DNA of 64,000 nucleotides from Bdellovibrionales bacterium (GCA_965197425.1 CBDANC010000013.1:64001-128000); one strand, 5' to 3'. Counted from the first letter of the stretch, positions 9,760-20,173 are shown. Made by a program: numbers and translations. The notes: generated by a model not told the origin, from the sequence alone.

Positions 9760-11106
9760 GTGATGGCTATTGATAAGCACAAAATTTTATTGGGTAGTAT
9801 TAAGAAACTTTTAAATCGTTCTGCTCACATGAATATCAAAAAGCTCTTAGATAAAACTCACTCTGCTGATATTGCAGATATACTGGAATCTCTAGATTGG
9901 CCTAGCCAAAAAATTGTATTTCATTTGGTTTCAAGTAATGAAGCTAAGTCTGAGATAATCAGCCATCTTAATAAGACAATGCAGGCCACTATCGTAAATA
10001 GCATTCCTGATAATGAGCTTGTTGATATCTTGTCTCATATGGACTCAGATGACCTAGCAGATTTAGTAGGTGGTTTGGATGATGATTTATCTGAAAAGAT
10101 CATGCTTTCATTAAAAAAACCTGACAAAGAAAAAGTTGAGGATCTTCTGCAGCATGAAGAAGATTCTGCAGGCGGGATAATGACTACTGAGCTTTTGAAA
10201 CTAGATGAAAATCTAACTGTAAGTCAAGCCATCGATATCTTGCAAACTGCTGTTGATAATGCAGAAGCTACTTTTTATGCATATGTAGTAAATGCTGACT
10301 CTAAGTTAGTTGGAGTGGTTAGCCTCAAGCAAATTCTACTGTCTAAACCATTTGAGCATATAAAAAACATAATGATAAAGGAGACGATATATGTTGATGT
10401 ATCTACCTCCCAAAAAGACGTGGCCAGGATTGTAGAAAAGTATGACTTTTTGTCTGTCCCAGTAGTTGGAGATGGCAATGTACTGTTAGGAGCTATTACG
10501 GTTGATGATGTTATTGATGTTATTAGAGAAGAAAACAAGGATGAAATACTTGCTATGGGTCAAACCAGCTCCTCTGACACAGAAACTTTTAAAGGACAGA
10601 TGCTTTCTCGTTATCCATGGCTGATGATTTCATTTTTTGGTGGGTTAGTTGCATCTTATTTGGTGTGGAGTTTTCTAGGATTTGAGCTGTCTATCGAAAA
10701 AGTTTTTGTTTCCTCAATTCCTCTAGTATTAACACTTGGCTTAACAGTAAGTAACCAGACTGTAACTATTGCAGTACAACATTTTAGGAGCAGTAAATTT
10801 AGCGGGCTTATAAAATATACTGGCAATGAGATTTTATTATCACTACTGGCCTCCTTTTTGTTTTCTGTAATTATTTACTTATTGTTTCGTTTTTTTGGTG
10901 TAACTCAGTTTAACTTTTTTATGGTGGTTGCTGTAAGTATTGGAGTACAGCTCTTTTTATCTTCCTTCATGGGTGTTTTAGTTCCATGGATTCTAAGAAG
11001 ACTTCAGCTTGACCCAGCGGTAGGAAGTCTTTCGATTGTAATTGTCTTAAGCCATGTTTTAGAAATTGTTTTTATGATTAAAACCCTGCATTATTTTGAA
11101 ATATAA
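9760..11106 (+). CDS. mgtE: Magnesium transporter MgtE
   Basis: N-domain, DSAGGIMT, CBS pair (GAITVDDVID), RYPWL, LDPA TM region. Confidence 0.9.
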   Translation: MMAIDKHKILLGSIKKLLNRSAHMNIKKLLDKTHSADIADILESLDWPSQKIVFHLVSSNEAKSEIISHLNKTMQATIVNSIPDNELVDILSHMDSDDLADLVGGLDDDLSEKIMLSLKKPDKEKVEDLLQHEEDSAGGIMTTELLKLDENLTVSQAIDILQTAVDNAEATFYAYVVNADSKLVGVVSLKQILLSKPFEHIKNIMIKETIYVDVSTSQKDVARIVEKYDFLSVPVVGDGNVLLGAITVDDVIDVIREENKDEILAMGQTSSSDTETFKGQMLSRYPWLMISFFGGLVASYLVWSFLGFELSIEKVFVSSIPLVLTLGLTVSNQTVTIAVQHFRSSKFSGLIKYTGNEILLSLLASFLFSVIIYLLFRFFGVTQFNFFMVVAVSIGVQLFLSSFMGVLVPWILRRLQLDPAVGSLSIVIVLSHVLEIVFMIKTLHYFEI

Positions 11107-11156
11107 TGGAATAGTTTAAAATATATGGAGTAACTTACAAATATAATAGGTGTTTT

Positions 11157-11738
11157 TTGCTTAAAAAAAAGAGGGTTATAGTACTAGATAAAGTTCGTTA
11201 CGGTGATGCTGATATAATAATCACCACTTTAGATAAGCACGGAGGAAAACTTTGCTTTTTTGCACCTAGTGCTCTTAAGAGTAGAAAAAGGTTTGCAGGT
11301 GGAGTGTTGGATCCCGCCAACTTCATTGAGGTTCTCTATTCAAAAAAAATGGACGGTAATTTAAATCGCTTAAAAGAGGCTTTTTTATTAAACTCATTTG
11401 ATAAGATAAGAGCCAGCTTTGACAAAATGAACTTCGCCCTTAAGATGCTTAAGCTCACAAAAGTCTATGCACAAGAAGGTGTGGTGGACAGCTCTAGTCT
11501 ATTTGATTTATTAGGTAATAGTCTTGCTACATTAGAAAAATGCGATAATTTGGAACTTTTTAAAGTTATGTTCGAGGTAAAGTTTTGGAGTATTCAAGGG
11601 TTACTACCCTCTGTTAGAGAGTTTCACAATATTTTGGAAGTTCCTATGGTAAATTATAAATCCCTGTCACTTGATAACAATAAGTTGGCAAAGACAAATA
11701 TGTTGTTAGAGTCTGTAAGAGAAAAAAATATTCTGTAA
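11157..11738 (+). CDS. recO: DNA repair protein RecO (short)
   Basis: YGDADIII...GGKL...ALKSRKRFAG N-terminal OB-fold pattern. Confidence 0.8.
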   Translation: MLKKKRVIVLDKVRYGDADIIITTLDKHGGKLCFFAPSALKSRKRFAGGVLDPANFIEVLYSKKMDGNLNRLKEAFLLNSFDKIRASFDKMNFALKMLKLTKVYAQEGVVDSSSLFDLLGNSLATLEKCDNLELFKVMFEVKFWSIQGLLPSVREFHNILEVPMVNYKSLSLDNNKLAKTNMLLESVREKNIL

Positions 11739-11740
11739 CT

Positions 11741-12113
11741 TCAAGGTCTTCCGAACGAGGCAAAAATAAGGAGGCTATGCCTACTTATTTTGCCGAGTGG
11801 TTGCCCAGCTATACACTTGTCATCAAACTCATCTTAAAAGGTCTTCAAATGAGTTCAATAAGGTGAGCTTGCTTGCCTTTTGAACTCATTGTTGCCCAGC
11901 TCTGGAACAAGATGCTGATTCCATTCCATAAGGCCTTCCAAACGAGGCCAATAAAGTGAACTTGTTTGCTTTTTGGCCAAGTGGTTGTCCAGCTCTGTAA
12001 CACGATGCTGATCTCGTTACTCAAGGTCTTCCGAACGAGGCAAAAATAAGGAGGCTATGCCTACTTATTTTGCCGAGTGGTTGCCCAGCTCTGGACACAA
12101 TGCTGATCGTGTT
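11741..12113 (+). repeat. Tandem array of four family A units (period about 92-96 bp)
   Basis: Units start at 11741, 11836, 11929 and 12021; units 1 and 4 are identical over 70 bp; units 2 and 3 have different stems. Confidence 0.9.
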
Positions 12114-12974
12114 CTAGGTTCCTGGAGCAGACTTTGCTTTCGATAATACACAATCTGGTTTATATCCCCATTTCCATATTCTAACTACAGGGTCACTTAG
12201 CACAGATTCTAGACAAGATTTAGATTCTATAATATTTGATCTACTTAGTAATTTGTCTTCAGTAACAAAGTAAGACCACAATACACTACCTAGCCTTGTA
12301 TTTAAAAGCATCTTGCCTTCCACATTACTTAAAAGGTGAATGCCCAAAAGATCTCCATCAGGGATTGTTATTGTTCCTTTTAAATCAATTTCTGAACATA
12401 TTTCATCTAATTCACACTCGTAGATAGAAACAAGTTTAGATCTAAGCTGAGTGGTATAACTAATTCCCCTGCCATCTTTCCATGTGTAAGAAAGTTCCCA
12501 AATATCCCCTACTCCAACCTTTTCTGTTGGCAAGGCCAAAATAGGCATATAGATCAAGTCATCTTTGGCATATACATGATCTGCGTTATCCAGTTTTTTG
12601 GCATCAAGTACTTCTGCCTTTTTATTGATTGTAAGTTTGATTGAATTGTCTAACCCTGGAAAAGCCATATTTTCTAGAGTTATATCGCCTCTTTTCTCGA
12701 TTGTTTTCATCAAATAGGTTATTTTTTCTTTGTCCTTTTTTAAATCATACCTAATTTTAAAATCTGAGTTGTCCATTTCCTCTTTTCTTAAAACATTACC
12801 ATCATATACTTTTGTATGAGATTTATAATTGTAATCCACAAGCTCCACTCTTTTTCTAGGAACATCATAGATCATCGAGATTTGCCTATTATCCAGACTG
12901 ACAAGTCTATTTTTATCCACAGTGGTACAGGAGATTAACAGCAGAGCTAAAAAAATTTGAAATACATAAATCAT
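12114..12974 (-). CDS. Hypothetical lipoprotein
   Basis: LLISC lipobox; 286 aa ORF. Confidence 0.7.
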   Translation of the reverse strand: MIYVFQIFLALLLISCTTVDKNRLVSLDNRQISMIYDVPRKRVELVDYNYKSHTKVYDGNVLRKEEMDNSDFKIRYDLKKDKEKITYLMKTIEKRGDITLENMAFPGLDNSIKLTINKKAEVLDAKKLDNADHVYAKDDLIYMPILALPTEKVGVGDIWELSYTWKDGRGISYTTQLRSKLVSIYECELDEICSEIDLKGTITIPDGDLLGIHLLSNVEGKMLLNTRLGSVLWSYFVTEDKLLSRSNIIESKSCLESVLSDPVVRIWKWGYKPDCVLSKAKSAPGT

Positions 12975-13242
12975 AAATTAGGATCCTTAACGACACTTAA
13001 TATGATAATTAATCTTACCTTGAGTTTGACACAATTTCTATCTTGTTTACCTAGAGTAAATACCATATTTTTAAACTCTACACTTAGGTCTTATTGCTTA
13101 AAATAGCATAGTATATAAAACAACTTAGGAACACATTGGGTAAAATCAGTAGTTTATTTGCTGCAATGTATTAACAAAATAGTCTTGATAAGTTAATAAG
13201 ACATCTATCACAATTAACGAAGGCAAGATTAGGGGGAGTAAA

Positions 13243-13563
13243 TTGGAAAGTTCTATACCACCTGAAAGATTCGAAGAAATAGAGTGTATCTTAGTTCAAT
13301 CTACTAAAGGAATACACCTACTGTTTGATAAAGATACATTAAGAAGTAAACTCCAAGACCCACAAAAGGCAGAACACTATTTAACCAAGGAAAATATTCA
13401 AAAGGTACAAGGTATTATTATAGAAATGATACAACAACCAACACTAGAGAAGAAAAAGTATTATCTATCTACTCTTGAAGAAGATTCCTATGATTTGTTT
13501 GTCAGAACTTATTTTAACATAGTAGAAAACACTGTGTTAGAATCCACAAGCTGCTTCCACTAA
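13243..13563 (+). CDS. Hypothetical protein
   Basis: 106 aa ORF with gggggag RBS before the TTG start. Confidence 0.7.
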   Translation: MESSIPPERFEEIECILVQSTKGIHLLFDKDTLRSKLQDPQKAEHYLTKENIQKVQGIIIEMIQQPTLEKKKYYLSTLEEDSYDLFVRTYFNIVENTVLESTSCFH

Positions 13564-13591
13564 AGGTCCATTAGGATTGCCCGACTGCTTG

Positions 13592-14740
13592 TTACACGAA
13601 TTGCTTGTTTTTGATTTTTTCTAAAATAATTTTTTCAGGCATGATTGGATCTTTTGGATCAACCATAAACAGTGCTTGTTGCTCACACCTTCTCTTATTC
13701 TTCAAAAGCCATTTTAAGATATTAGTTAATTTTTTATTTTTTTTATCAATAAAAAATGGGTCATTTTTCATGGCATCTCTTGCTTTTTTTAAAGCCCTCA
13801 CTTCTGATAGATCTTTTTCTTTTACTTGGTAATCATGTAAATCATAATTTTTAACATCCTCAGGTAACAGACCTAAGAAATGTACTTTAGGGGCAGAAAA
13901 ATCCTTATTTCTTATCAATGAAGCAGCAGATCCTGCCTTAAGAGTTCTATATATATTTTGCAGTGTGTATGCATCTAAATCTCCAAAAAAATACATTGGA
14001 ATCTTTAACTGATCCTGGATTAATTTACACCATCCTCTCACTGCGTTACTGGGTACACCTTGAGCCCCCATCAATATGCACTTATTACGTTTAGTAAAGC
14101 CGTTACTTACCAGGGTATTCGCAGTACCCTCTGATTCTACTATTAAAGCAAAATCTATTTTACCTTTAGTGGATAACTTTAAGCTCTGTGGTCTGTTTTT
14201 GGGTTGAAATGGGCTAGTGCCCAGTGTGCTTAGATCAATTTTTGCCTTTGCGCCATCTGACAGAGTCTCAGTTACAACTAGTTGTTTGGAAAAAGTCTGA
14301 CCACCTCTGTCATTAGCAAAGCAATTCATCTCTTCCCTATAAACCTCAAGCATCTCAGTTATAAAATCCACAGTTGAATCACTTTCACTTTGTTCCTGGA
14401 AATCCAATGGTCGTAATTTAGGATTATTTTTCACTTCACCCTTAGAAATATAGTAAAGCTCCCTCTTTGTGTTAATTGCACCTGTTTGAATATTTCTAAT
14501 TAGGATCTCTAGCATAAAAATAGCTCTTGAAATTTTTTGAACAGAGGCTACATTTAATTCACTTCTAACTTTTTTACCAGCAGGTGTAAGATACCCAAGC
14601 CTAGTATCATATATTGAGTTGTCTAAAGAACACTTAGTGGCCTCAAGCACTGGTCTTCTTGCCTGTTCCAAGTCCTTTAACAGAGTTTCACAAATTTTCT
14701 TGGAGTAACCTATTATGTCCAAGCCCTGTTTATTCGCCAT
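13592..14740 (-). CDS. top6A: DNA topoisomerase VI subunit A
   Basis: TKRELYY catalytic Tyr motif; TOPRIM VESE, QGVP, GDLD; overlaps subunit B. Confidence 0.92.
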   Translation of the reverse strand: MANKQGLDIIGYSKKICETLLKDLEQARRPVLEATKCSLDNSIYDTRLGYLTPAGKKVRSELNVASVQKISRAIFMLEILIRNIQTGAINTKRELYYISKGEVKNNPKLRPLDFQEQSESDSTVDFITEMLEVYREEMNCFANDRGGQTFSKQLVVTETLSDGAKAKIDLSTLGTSPFQPKNRPQSLKLSTKGKIDFALIVESEGTANTLVSNGFTKRNKCILMGAQGVPSNAVRGWCKLIQDQLKIPMYFFGDLDAYTLQNIYRTLKAGSAASLIRNKDFSAPKVHFLGLLPEDVKNYDLHDYQVKEKDLSEVRALKKARDAMKNDPFFIDKKNKKLTNILKWLLKNKRRCEQQALFMVDPKDPIMPEKIILEKIKNKQFV

Positions 14741-16355
14741 GCTTTGCCTTTAGATCTGATAATTTATTTCTAGCATCCATTAATATCTTTTCAGCAGACT
14801 TGGTATCCTTCGATAGAAGTTTTAAAAGTCCTGCCTCCGCTTTGGCATGTCTGGCTTTAGGTGCTTTTAGTATTCTCACAAGCCCATCTACCAATATAGG
14901 ACCAAACTGTTCGATATGCTTTACTTTTTTCTCCAACTCGTGAGCCTTAATCTCGGCTCTTATATGACGAGATAACTTTTGTCCTGTCTGCATCAACGCT
15001 CTTCTTATTTCTTCCACTAGCTCTTCACTTGCGTCTATTGTCTCTTTTGAGGCATTTTTAAATTTTATAAATGGCGACACAACACTTATAGCGAACACAT
15101 AAGGTCCACATGGTACGGAGTTTTTAGATTGTGTTAAGCCATAGGCTTTCCAGTTTACTGACTCAATAGCTTTTGTTATGGCACATGATGCCTTATCAAA
15201 CTGTAGCGGTACTCTGTTCGCAAATCTCAATACTTGTACTGTGCTTTCTTGTCCTTGTCCTTCACCTTCATTCACTTTGTTTTTAAACCTGGATATTGCA
15301 ACTTCGATGGCAACAGGTTTGTGGTCACATACCTTTGGTTTTCTGGTCACGACACTAAAAAAATCTATCTCTCCCAATCTCTGAATACTTTTAGACAAAG
15401 CTTTCTCGCCGATGGTAAGCACAGATTTAGTAGATGGTGCTAATAAATCCGTATTTTGAAAAACTCTATAAACTTTTTTTATTTCCTCTTCTGATAAAAA
15501 TTGTTTTTCTAAAATCTTTTTAGAAAGGCCATTTTTTACCATTTCAGCTATAACATTGTCTGTCACTCTAGAAAAACCCTGCTTTAGCCAAAGTTTTAGT
15601 TTAATTTTTCCAACAATCTGGCGGTAAGCAATAAACTCACCAAGTTTCATAGTGTGAGGATGAGGTAGAGTAGCCGATGGTATCTCCGGTACAATATCAG
15701 AAACTCTGTCTATTGCTACTTCCTCATTGTCTAAAATTTTATATCTTATAGAAGCATGCGGGTTCACTAAAGCTGTTCCCTCTATATAGGTTTTTAAACC
15801 TCCATCTCCATTTAACCTAACCCTTCCGTCTATTTGAAACTGTACATTTATCCCAGTTTGTTTGTGATCTTTAGTTGTCTTGTCTCTAACCGTTCCTTTA
15901 TTATTTTTTATGTCTACATCTACTCTCATTACTACAGCTTTTTTCATTCTAGTGGTTTTGCTCACAACCATAGCCCCTTTAGCATTGGTCAATTGAGCCC
16001 ATGTCGTTGCAGCAGATATACCTATCCCCTGCTGTCCTCTAGAACACTGTCCTTTCCCAAATTTTGAAGAAGCTAGGTATTGACCAAATACCTTTACAAC
16101 ATCCTCTGCCTCAAGACCAGGACCGTTATCTGATATCTTTATCAAAAGAACATCTGCACTTTTACCAAAACCCTTTTTTACAAGCTCAATTTCAATATCT
16201 ATGTTAGGCAAAATTCCAGCTTCTTCACAAGCATCCAAGGAATTATCCACAGCTTCCTTCAAGGTAGTCAGAACTGCCTTTGTAGGAGAGGAAAACCCAA
16301 CCTGTTGCAGGTTTTTTGCAAAATACTCAGCTGTGCTACTTGATACTATCTTCAT
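14730..16355 (-). CDS. top6B: DNA topoisomerase VI subunit B
   Basis: KEAVDNSLDACEEAGILP, DNGPG, SRGQQGIG, RFANRVPL (GHKL plus transducer). Confidence 0.93.
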   Translation of the reverse strand: MKIVSSSTAEYFAKNLQQVGFSSPTKAVLTTLKEAVDNSLDACEEAGILPNIDIEIELVKKGFGKSADVLLIKISDNGPGLEAEDVVKVFGQYLASSKFGKGQCSRGQQGIGISAATTWAQLTNAKGAMVVSKTTRMKKAVVMRVDVDIKNNKGTVRDKTTKDHKQTGINVQFQIDGRVRLNGDGGLKTYIEGTALVNPHASIRYKILDNEEVAIDRVSDIVPEIPSATLPHPHTMKLGEFIAYRQIVGKIKLKLWLKQGFSRVTDNVIAEMVKNGLSKKILEKQFLSEEEIKKVYRVFQNTDLLAPSTKSVLTIGEKALSKSIQRLGEIDFFSVVTRKPKVCDHKPVAIEVAISRFKNKVNEGEGQGQESTVQVLRFANRVPLQFDKASCAITKAIESVNWKAYGLTQSKNSVPCGPYVFAISVVSPFIKFKNASKETIDASEELVEEIRRALMQTGQKLSRHIRAEIKAHELEKKVKHIEQFGPILVDGLVRILKAPKARHAKAEAGLLKLLSKDTKSAEKILMDARNKLSDLKAKHGE

Positions 16356-16474
16356 AGTTTTACAATACTTTGTTTTTTTACTTGTTACTATAATTAGATA
16401 CTATCTATGTAGCAACACTAGACCAGAGAAAAGTTCATTTATGGCAATCTAAAGTGGGATAAAAGTCTCGAATT

Positions 16475-16753
16475 TTAAGAATCTACCAAATCAATAATAA
16501 TTTCTGCCATAGTTCTAGTACCTTTGAGGGTGTTACATTTCTTGCAAGATAAAACTACATTGGACTTTGTACTCTTACCACCTCTTGCAATGGGAACCTT
16601 ATGATCCATGGTTAAATCTTTTCTTTCAAATTTTAAACCACAGTAATAGCAAATGTTTTCTTTGACCTTCCACCAATTAGACTGCCTAAGTGCCTTTGCC
16701 TTTAGACGCTCTTTGGTAATGTGGGCTTTGTCCATCTGCTGATAATAACTCAC
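16475..16753 (-). CDS. Small HNH endonuclease
   Basis: CYYC...TMDHKVPIARGG...NVVLSCKKCN. Confidence 0.88.
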   Translation of the reverse strand: MSYYQQMDKAHITKERLKAKALRQSNWWKVKENICYYCGLKFERKDLTMDHKVPIARGGKSTKSNVVLSCKKCNTLKGTRTMAEIIIDLVDS

Positions 16754-16801
16754 AGCCGTTATTTAAATTATAATATGCATCTTGTCAAAATATAAAGTTA
16801 T

Positions 16802-17110
16802 ATGCTAAAAGTCGTTCTTATGACCACGGAAGAAATAAAAAAAAAGATATTAAACAATTTTGTGGTTACACCACCCGCAGTGGTTACACCACTCGTAGTG
16901 GATACTCCACTCGTAGTGGATACTCCACCAGTAGAAGATATTGCATTAGAGGTAATAGATCAAACAGGAATGGGTAACAACTTTATGATAGTTTTTAGCA
17001 ACTACAAATTAAATAAATCCAGATTAGAGACACATAGAGAAATTATGAAAATCTTTGCAGATGAATTAAAAAGTGGAGAAATCCACGCGTTATCAATTAA
17101 TATGAGGTAG
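16802..17110 (+). CDS. BolA family protein with an in-frame repeat insertion
   Basis: SRLETHR, EIHALSI motifs; adjacent to grxD; likely start MTTEEI. Confidence 0.75.
   Translation: MLKVVLMTTEEIKKKILNNFVVTPPAVVTPLVVDTPLVVDTPPVEDIALEVIDQTGMGNNFMIVFSNYKLNKSRLETHREIMKIFADELKSGEIHALSINMR
16862..16933. repeat. 4 x 18-bp mini-hairpin tandem repeat inside bolA
   Basis: gtggt-tac-accac-ccgca / gtggt-tac-accac-tcgta / gtgga-tac-tccac-tcgta / gtgga-tac-tccac-cagta. Confidence 0.9.
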
Positions 17111-17166
17111 AATAGAAAATGAGTTTGATGACATGTGTAGTGGTAGGGTATTGGCTGTGAGGTCCA

Positions 17167-17337
17167 CCGGGAAGGAGCCACTTGGCCAAAAAACCGACCG
17201 CAGGGAGGTTATTTCAATTGGAAAAACTGACTGCAAAGGAGGTTCATCCAATTGGACAATATAAAGGTTTATCCCGTAAGCCAATTGAATCAAAGTGAAC
17301 AAGTCCACTTGTTTTGACTTCGTTCGGAAGACCTTTA
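17167..17337 (-). repeat. Composite hairpin element: A left end, nested long B, D-like right end
   Basis: gaagaccttta at 17327-17337; B core accgaccgcagggaggtt...agccaattgaa; ccgggaaggagccactt end. Confidence 0.8.
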
Positions 17338-17346
17338 GGAGAAAGT

Positions 17347-17664
17347 ATGGACAAAAATATTAAGAAAAAAATAGATGGTATATTAAGCTCTAACAAAATA
17401 GTTTTATTTATGAAAGGCTCTCAAATATTTCCTCAGTGTGGGTTTTCTGCAAAAGCTGTTGGAATTCTAAACGAATTAAAAGCCTCATTTAAAAGTATAG
17501 ATGTTCTAGAGGACCTACAAATAAGAGACGGAATTAAAGAGTATGGCAATTGGCCCACCATCCCACAGCTATATGTAAATAAAGAGCTTATAGGTGGAAG
17601 TGATATAATGATTGAAATGTATGAGTCAGGTGAACTCAAAAGCTTTCTAGACAAGGCTATATAA
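17347..17664 (+). CDS. grxD: Monothiol glutaredoxin Grx4
   Basis: LFMKG..FPQCGFS, WPTIPQLY, IGGSDI; aggaga RBS. Confidence 0.95.
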   Translation: MDKNIKKKIDGILSSNKIVLFMKGSQIFPQCGFSAKAVGILNELKASFKSIDVLEDLQIRDGIKEYGNWPTIPQLYVNKELIGGSDIMIEMYESGELKSFLDKAI

Positions 17665-17670
17665 AATATA

Positions 17671-18114
17671 ATGAAACTGAAAATCAAAAAATTACCTCAC
17701 TTTAAAGGCGAGCTTCCTAGGTATCAAAGCTTATTATCAAGTGGTTTTGATATAAGAGCTCAGCTGGGAGATTCTACTATTAACCTGGCTTTTCAAAAAA
17801 GAGCCTTGGTGCCCACAGGTCTTTGCTTCGAGATACCAGAAGGCTTTGAAATTCAAATTAGACCCAGAAGTGGGTTGGCTATAAAAAATGGAGTAACAAC
17901 TTTAAATTCTCCAGGCACAATAGATGCGGATTACAGAGGAGAGGTTAGGGTCATTTTGATAAACTTAGGAGAAGAAGTTTTTAAAATTTGTGATGGGGAC
18001 AGAATTGCTCAGGCCGTGTTATGCCCCGTGATACAGGCTAGTTTTGAGTTGGTAGATAAGCTTGGTGAATCAAAAAGAGGCTCCGGTGGTTTTGGCTCCA
18101 CTGGAATGTCTTAA
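17671..18114 (+). CDS. dut: dUTP diphosphatase
   Basis: [28 protein letters not shown]. Confidence 0.96.
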   Translation: MKLKIKKLPHFKGELPRYQSLLSSGFDIRAQLGDSTINLAFQKRALVPTGLCFEIPEGFEIQIRPRSGLAIKNGVTTLNSPGTIDADYRGEVRVILINLGEEVFKICDGDRIAQAVLCPVIQASFELVDKLGESKRGSGGFGSTGMS

Positions 18115-18240
18115 CTGTCATAAAAACTGTTTTTAATTTAGAAAAAAAGTAACCCTTAAAAGGCAAATTTTAGATACTTTAAACTACAACACCCCAATTA
18201 ACTTTACAAAAATAGAAAAAAGTTTTAATATTAAATAGTT

Positions 18241-18570
18241 ATGATAAATATTTCAGAGTCTGCAGCAAAACAAATTTCATTTCTAAAATCACAAGAAAGT
18301 GTAAAAGAAGACTCATGTCTCAGAGTGTCTGTAGTGGGCGGTGGGTGTTCTGGGATGTCCTACAAAATGAAATTTGATGACAAAGTAGATGAAAGTAACG
18401 ATAAAGTTTTCTCCGGTAACAATGTACAACTTGTTATAGATAAAAAAAGCTACCTATACCTTGCAGGTACCACACTAGAATTTGACGGCGGGCTAAATGG
18501 ACAGGGTTTTGGATTCAAAAATCCAAATGCATCTTCCACTTGTGGATGTGGTGCTTCTTTTTCAGTATAA
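18241..18570 (+). CDS. iscA: Fe-S cluster assembly A-type carrier (IscA/HesB)
   Basis: GGGCSG, NPNASSTCGCGASF. Confidence 0.92.
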   Translation: MINISESAAKQISFLKSQESVKEDSCLRVSVVGGGCSGMSYKMKFDDKVDESNDKVFSGNNVQLVIDKKSYLYLAGTTLEFDGGLNGQGFGFKNPNASSTCGCGASFSV

Positions 18571-18574
18571 GTAT

Positions 18575-18669
18575 AAAGGTCTTCGATGAAACTAACAAGC
18601 TGGATTGGTGAAGTGCAGGGCAAAGCCCAAACGAAACCAGAACAGTTTGTTAGTCTCAGGGTTGCCCAG
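18575..18669 (+). repeat. Family A (long type, divergent stem)
   Basis: taaaggtcttc; actaacaagctg/cagtttgttagt stem; gggc-aaa-gccc; gttgcccag. Confidence 0.8.
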
Positions 18670-18827
18670 AGAACAGGCTCCCGTGAGTTATATGTTTTGC
18701 CAAGATTTTATAGGTAGAAATAAAATTTTGTTATTGCGTGTTACTCACAGATCATCCCCTCGCTTGATCAAGCAATCCACAAACCGGTAATCAGGCAATT
18801 AGTCAGTCAGGCAAACAGGGTCAGGTA

Positions 18828-19796
18828 TCAGTCAAAAAGATATTCACACAAATCAACCATTCTATTGGAAAAACCATACTCATTATCATACCAGGATAAA
18901 ACTTTAATAGTATTATCTATCACCATAATCGAAGATAGATCCACTATTGAACTCTCACTTCTAGCTAGAAAATCTCTACTTACTAGTTTCTTTGCTTCAA
19001 CACCCAGAATACCTTTTAATTTATTCTTAGATGCATTTTCAAACATTTGAGTTAATTCAGAAACACTAGTTTTTTTACTAGTACTTGCTACAAAATCTAC
19101 AACACTTACATTAGGTGTAGGAACTCTGATAGATATGCCATCAATTTTACCATCTAACTCTTTAATAATCTTTCCTACTGTCTTAGCAGCTCCTGTGGTA
19201 GTAGGAATCATAGATTGCCCGGCTGCTCTTGCCCTTCTAAAATCACTGTGTGGACTATCTAATAACCTCTGATCATTAGTATAAGAGTGCACGGTTGTCA
19301 TAAAACCAGACTGAATATCAAAGTTTTCGTGAATTAATCCCACCAAAGGTGCAAGACAATTAGTGGTACAAGAACTATTACTTATTATTGTGTGACGATT
19401 ATTTAACTCTAAATGATTTACACCCATTACAACCAGAATATCAGCTCCATCTGACGGTGCTGATACAATTACCCTTTTTGAACCAGACAAAAACTTTTCT
19501 AAGTCTGCCCTCTTCTTAAAAACACCAGTACACTCAAACACTACATCCACATCCCAACTTAACTTTTCTGGATCACTTTCACGAAAAAATGGTATGGATT
19601 TATTTCCAACAACCAGAGCATTTTTTGAATGGGAAACATCAGGCTTTACACCATAAGTAGAGTCATATTGATATAAATACGCTAATATATCCAGATTCGC
19701 TCTGTCATTTATACCAACAACCTCAATATTCCTATCTAGGCATACCTTTAAAATACACCTTCCTATTCTACCAAAACCATTAATTGCAACTTTCAT
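18828..19796 (-). CDS. gap: Type I glyceraldehyde-3-phosphate dehydrogenase
   Basis: MKVAINGFGRIGR, SCTTNCLAP, WYDNE; likely ATG at 19796. Confidence 0.96.
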   Translation of the reverse strand: MKVAINGFGRIGRCILKVCLDRNIEVVGINDRANLDILAYLYQYDSTYGVKPDVSHSKNALVVGNKSIPFFRESDPEKLSWDVDVVFECTGVFKKRADLEKFLSGSKRVIVSAPSDGADILVVMGVNHLELNNRHTIISNSSCTTNCLAPLVGLIHENFDIQSGFMTTVHSYTNDQRLLDSPHSDFRRARAAGQSMIPTTTGAAKTVGKIIKELDGKIDGISIRVPTPNVSVVDFVASTSKKTSVSELTQMFENASKNKLKGILGVEAKKLVSRDFLARSESSIVDLSSIMVIDNTIKVLSWYDNEYGFSNRMVDLCEYLFD

Positions 19797-19839
19797 ATAT
19801 CCTTCTTTACTAAAAACTCTACGCTCTATCAATCTATAA

Positions 19840-19929
19840 ACGCCCTACGGGCGTAGGCATTTGTGCTTACAGTACCGTTCTTAGCAAATAAGTTTGTATA
19901 ATACTACTTTTCAAACACCCTACGGGTGT
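19840..19929. repeat. Pair of REP-like hairpins
   Basis: acgccc-tac-gggcgt (19840) and acaccc-tac-gggtgt (19915) with a compensatory change. Confidence 0.65.
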
Positions 19930-20157
19930 ACGTGTTTAACTGGTAGAATACAAAATAAGGAGACCATTGACCGATCCCAGAATAACGGATCCCAGGTTGC
20001 CAGTTTACCTGTCTGCCTGATTGCCAGACTAGCCTCACCTGTGTATGCAAAAACAATACAGACTGTAAATATATTGGTTAGCAGTGTACAATGGGTTGTG
20101 TATTTAATTGATACAACAGGTCGGGTAACTCATTAATATAGCTTAACCTAGACTTTT

Positions 20158-20173
20158 TGGTATGAAATTAGCA
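20158..20173 (+). promoter_or_regulatory. Candidate sigma-54 promoter
   Basis: TGGTATGAAATTAGCA matches GG-N10-GC spacing, about 63 bp upstream of the small ORF. Confidence 0.5.

Noticed and set aside
11741..12113. CRISPR array
   Set aside because: The period is about 93 bp, the variable parts are themselves long palindromes reused elsewhere, units also occur singly, and there are no cas genes in the window
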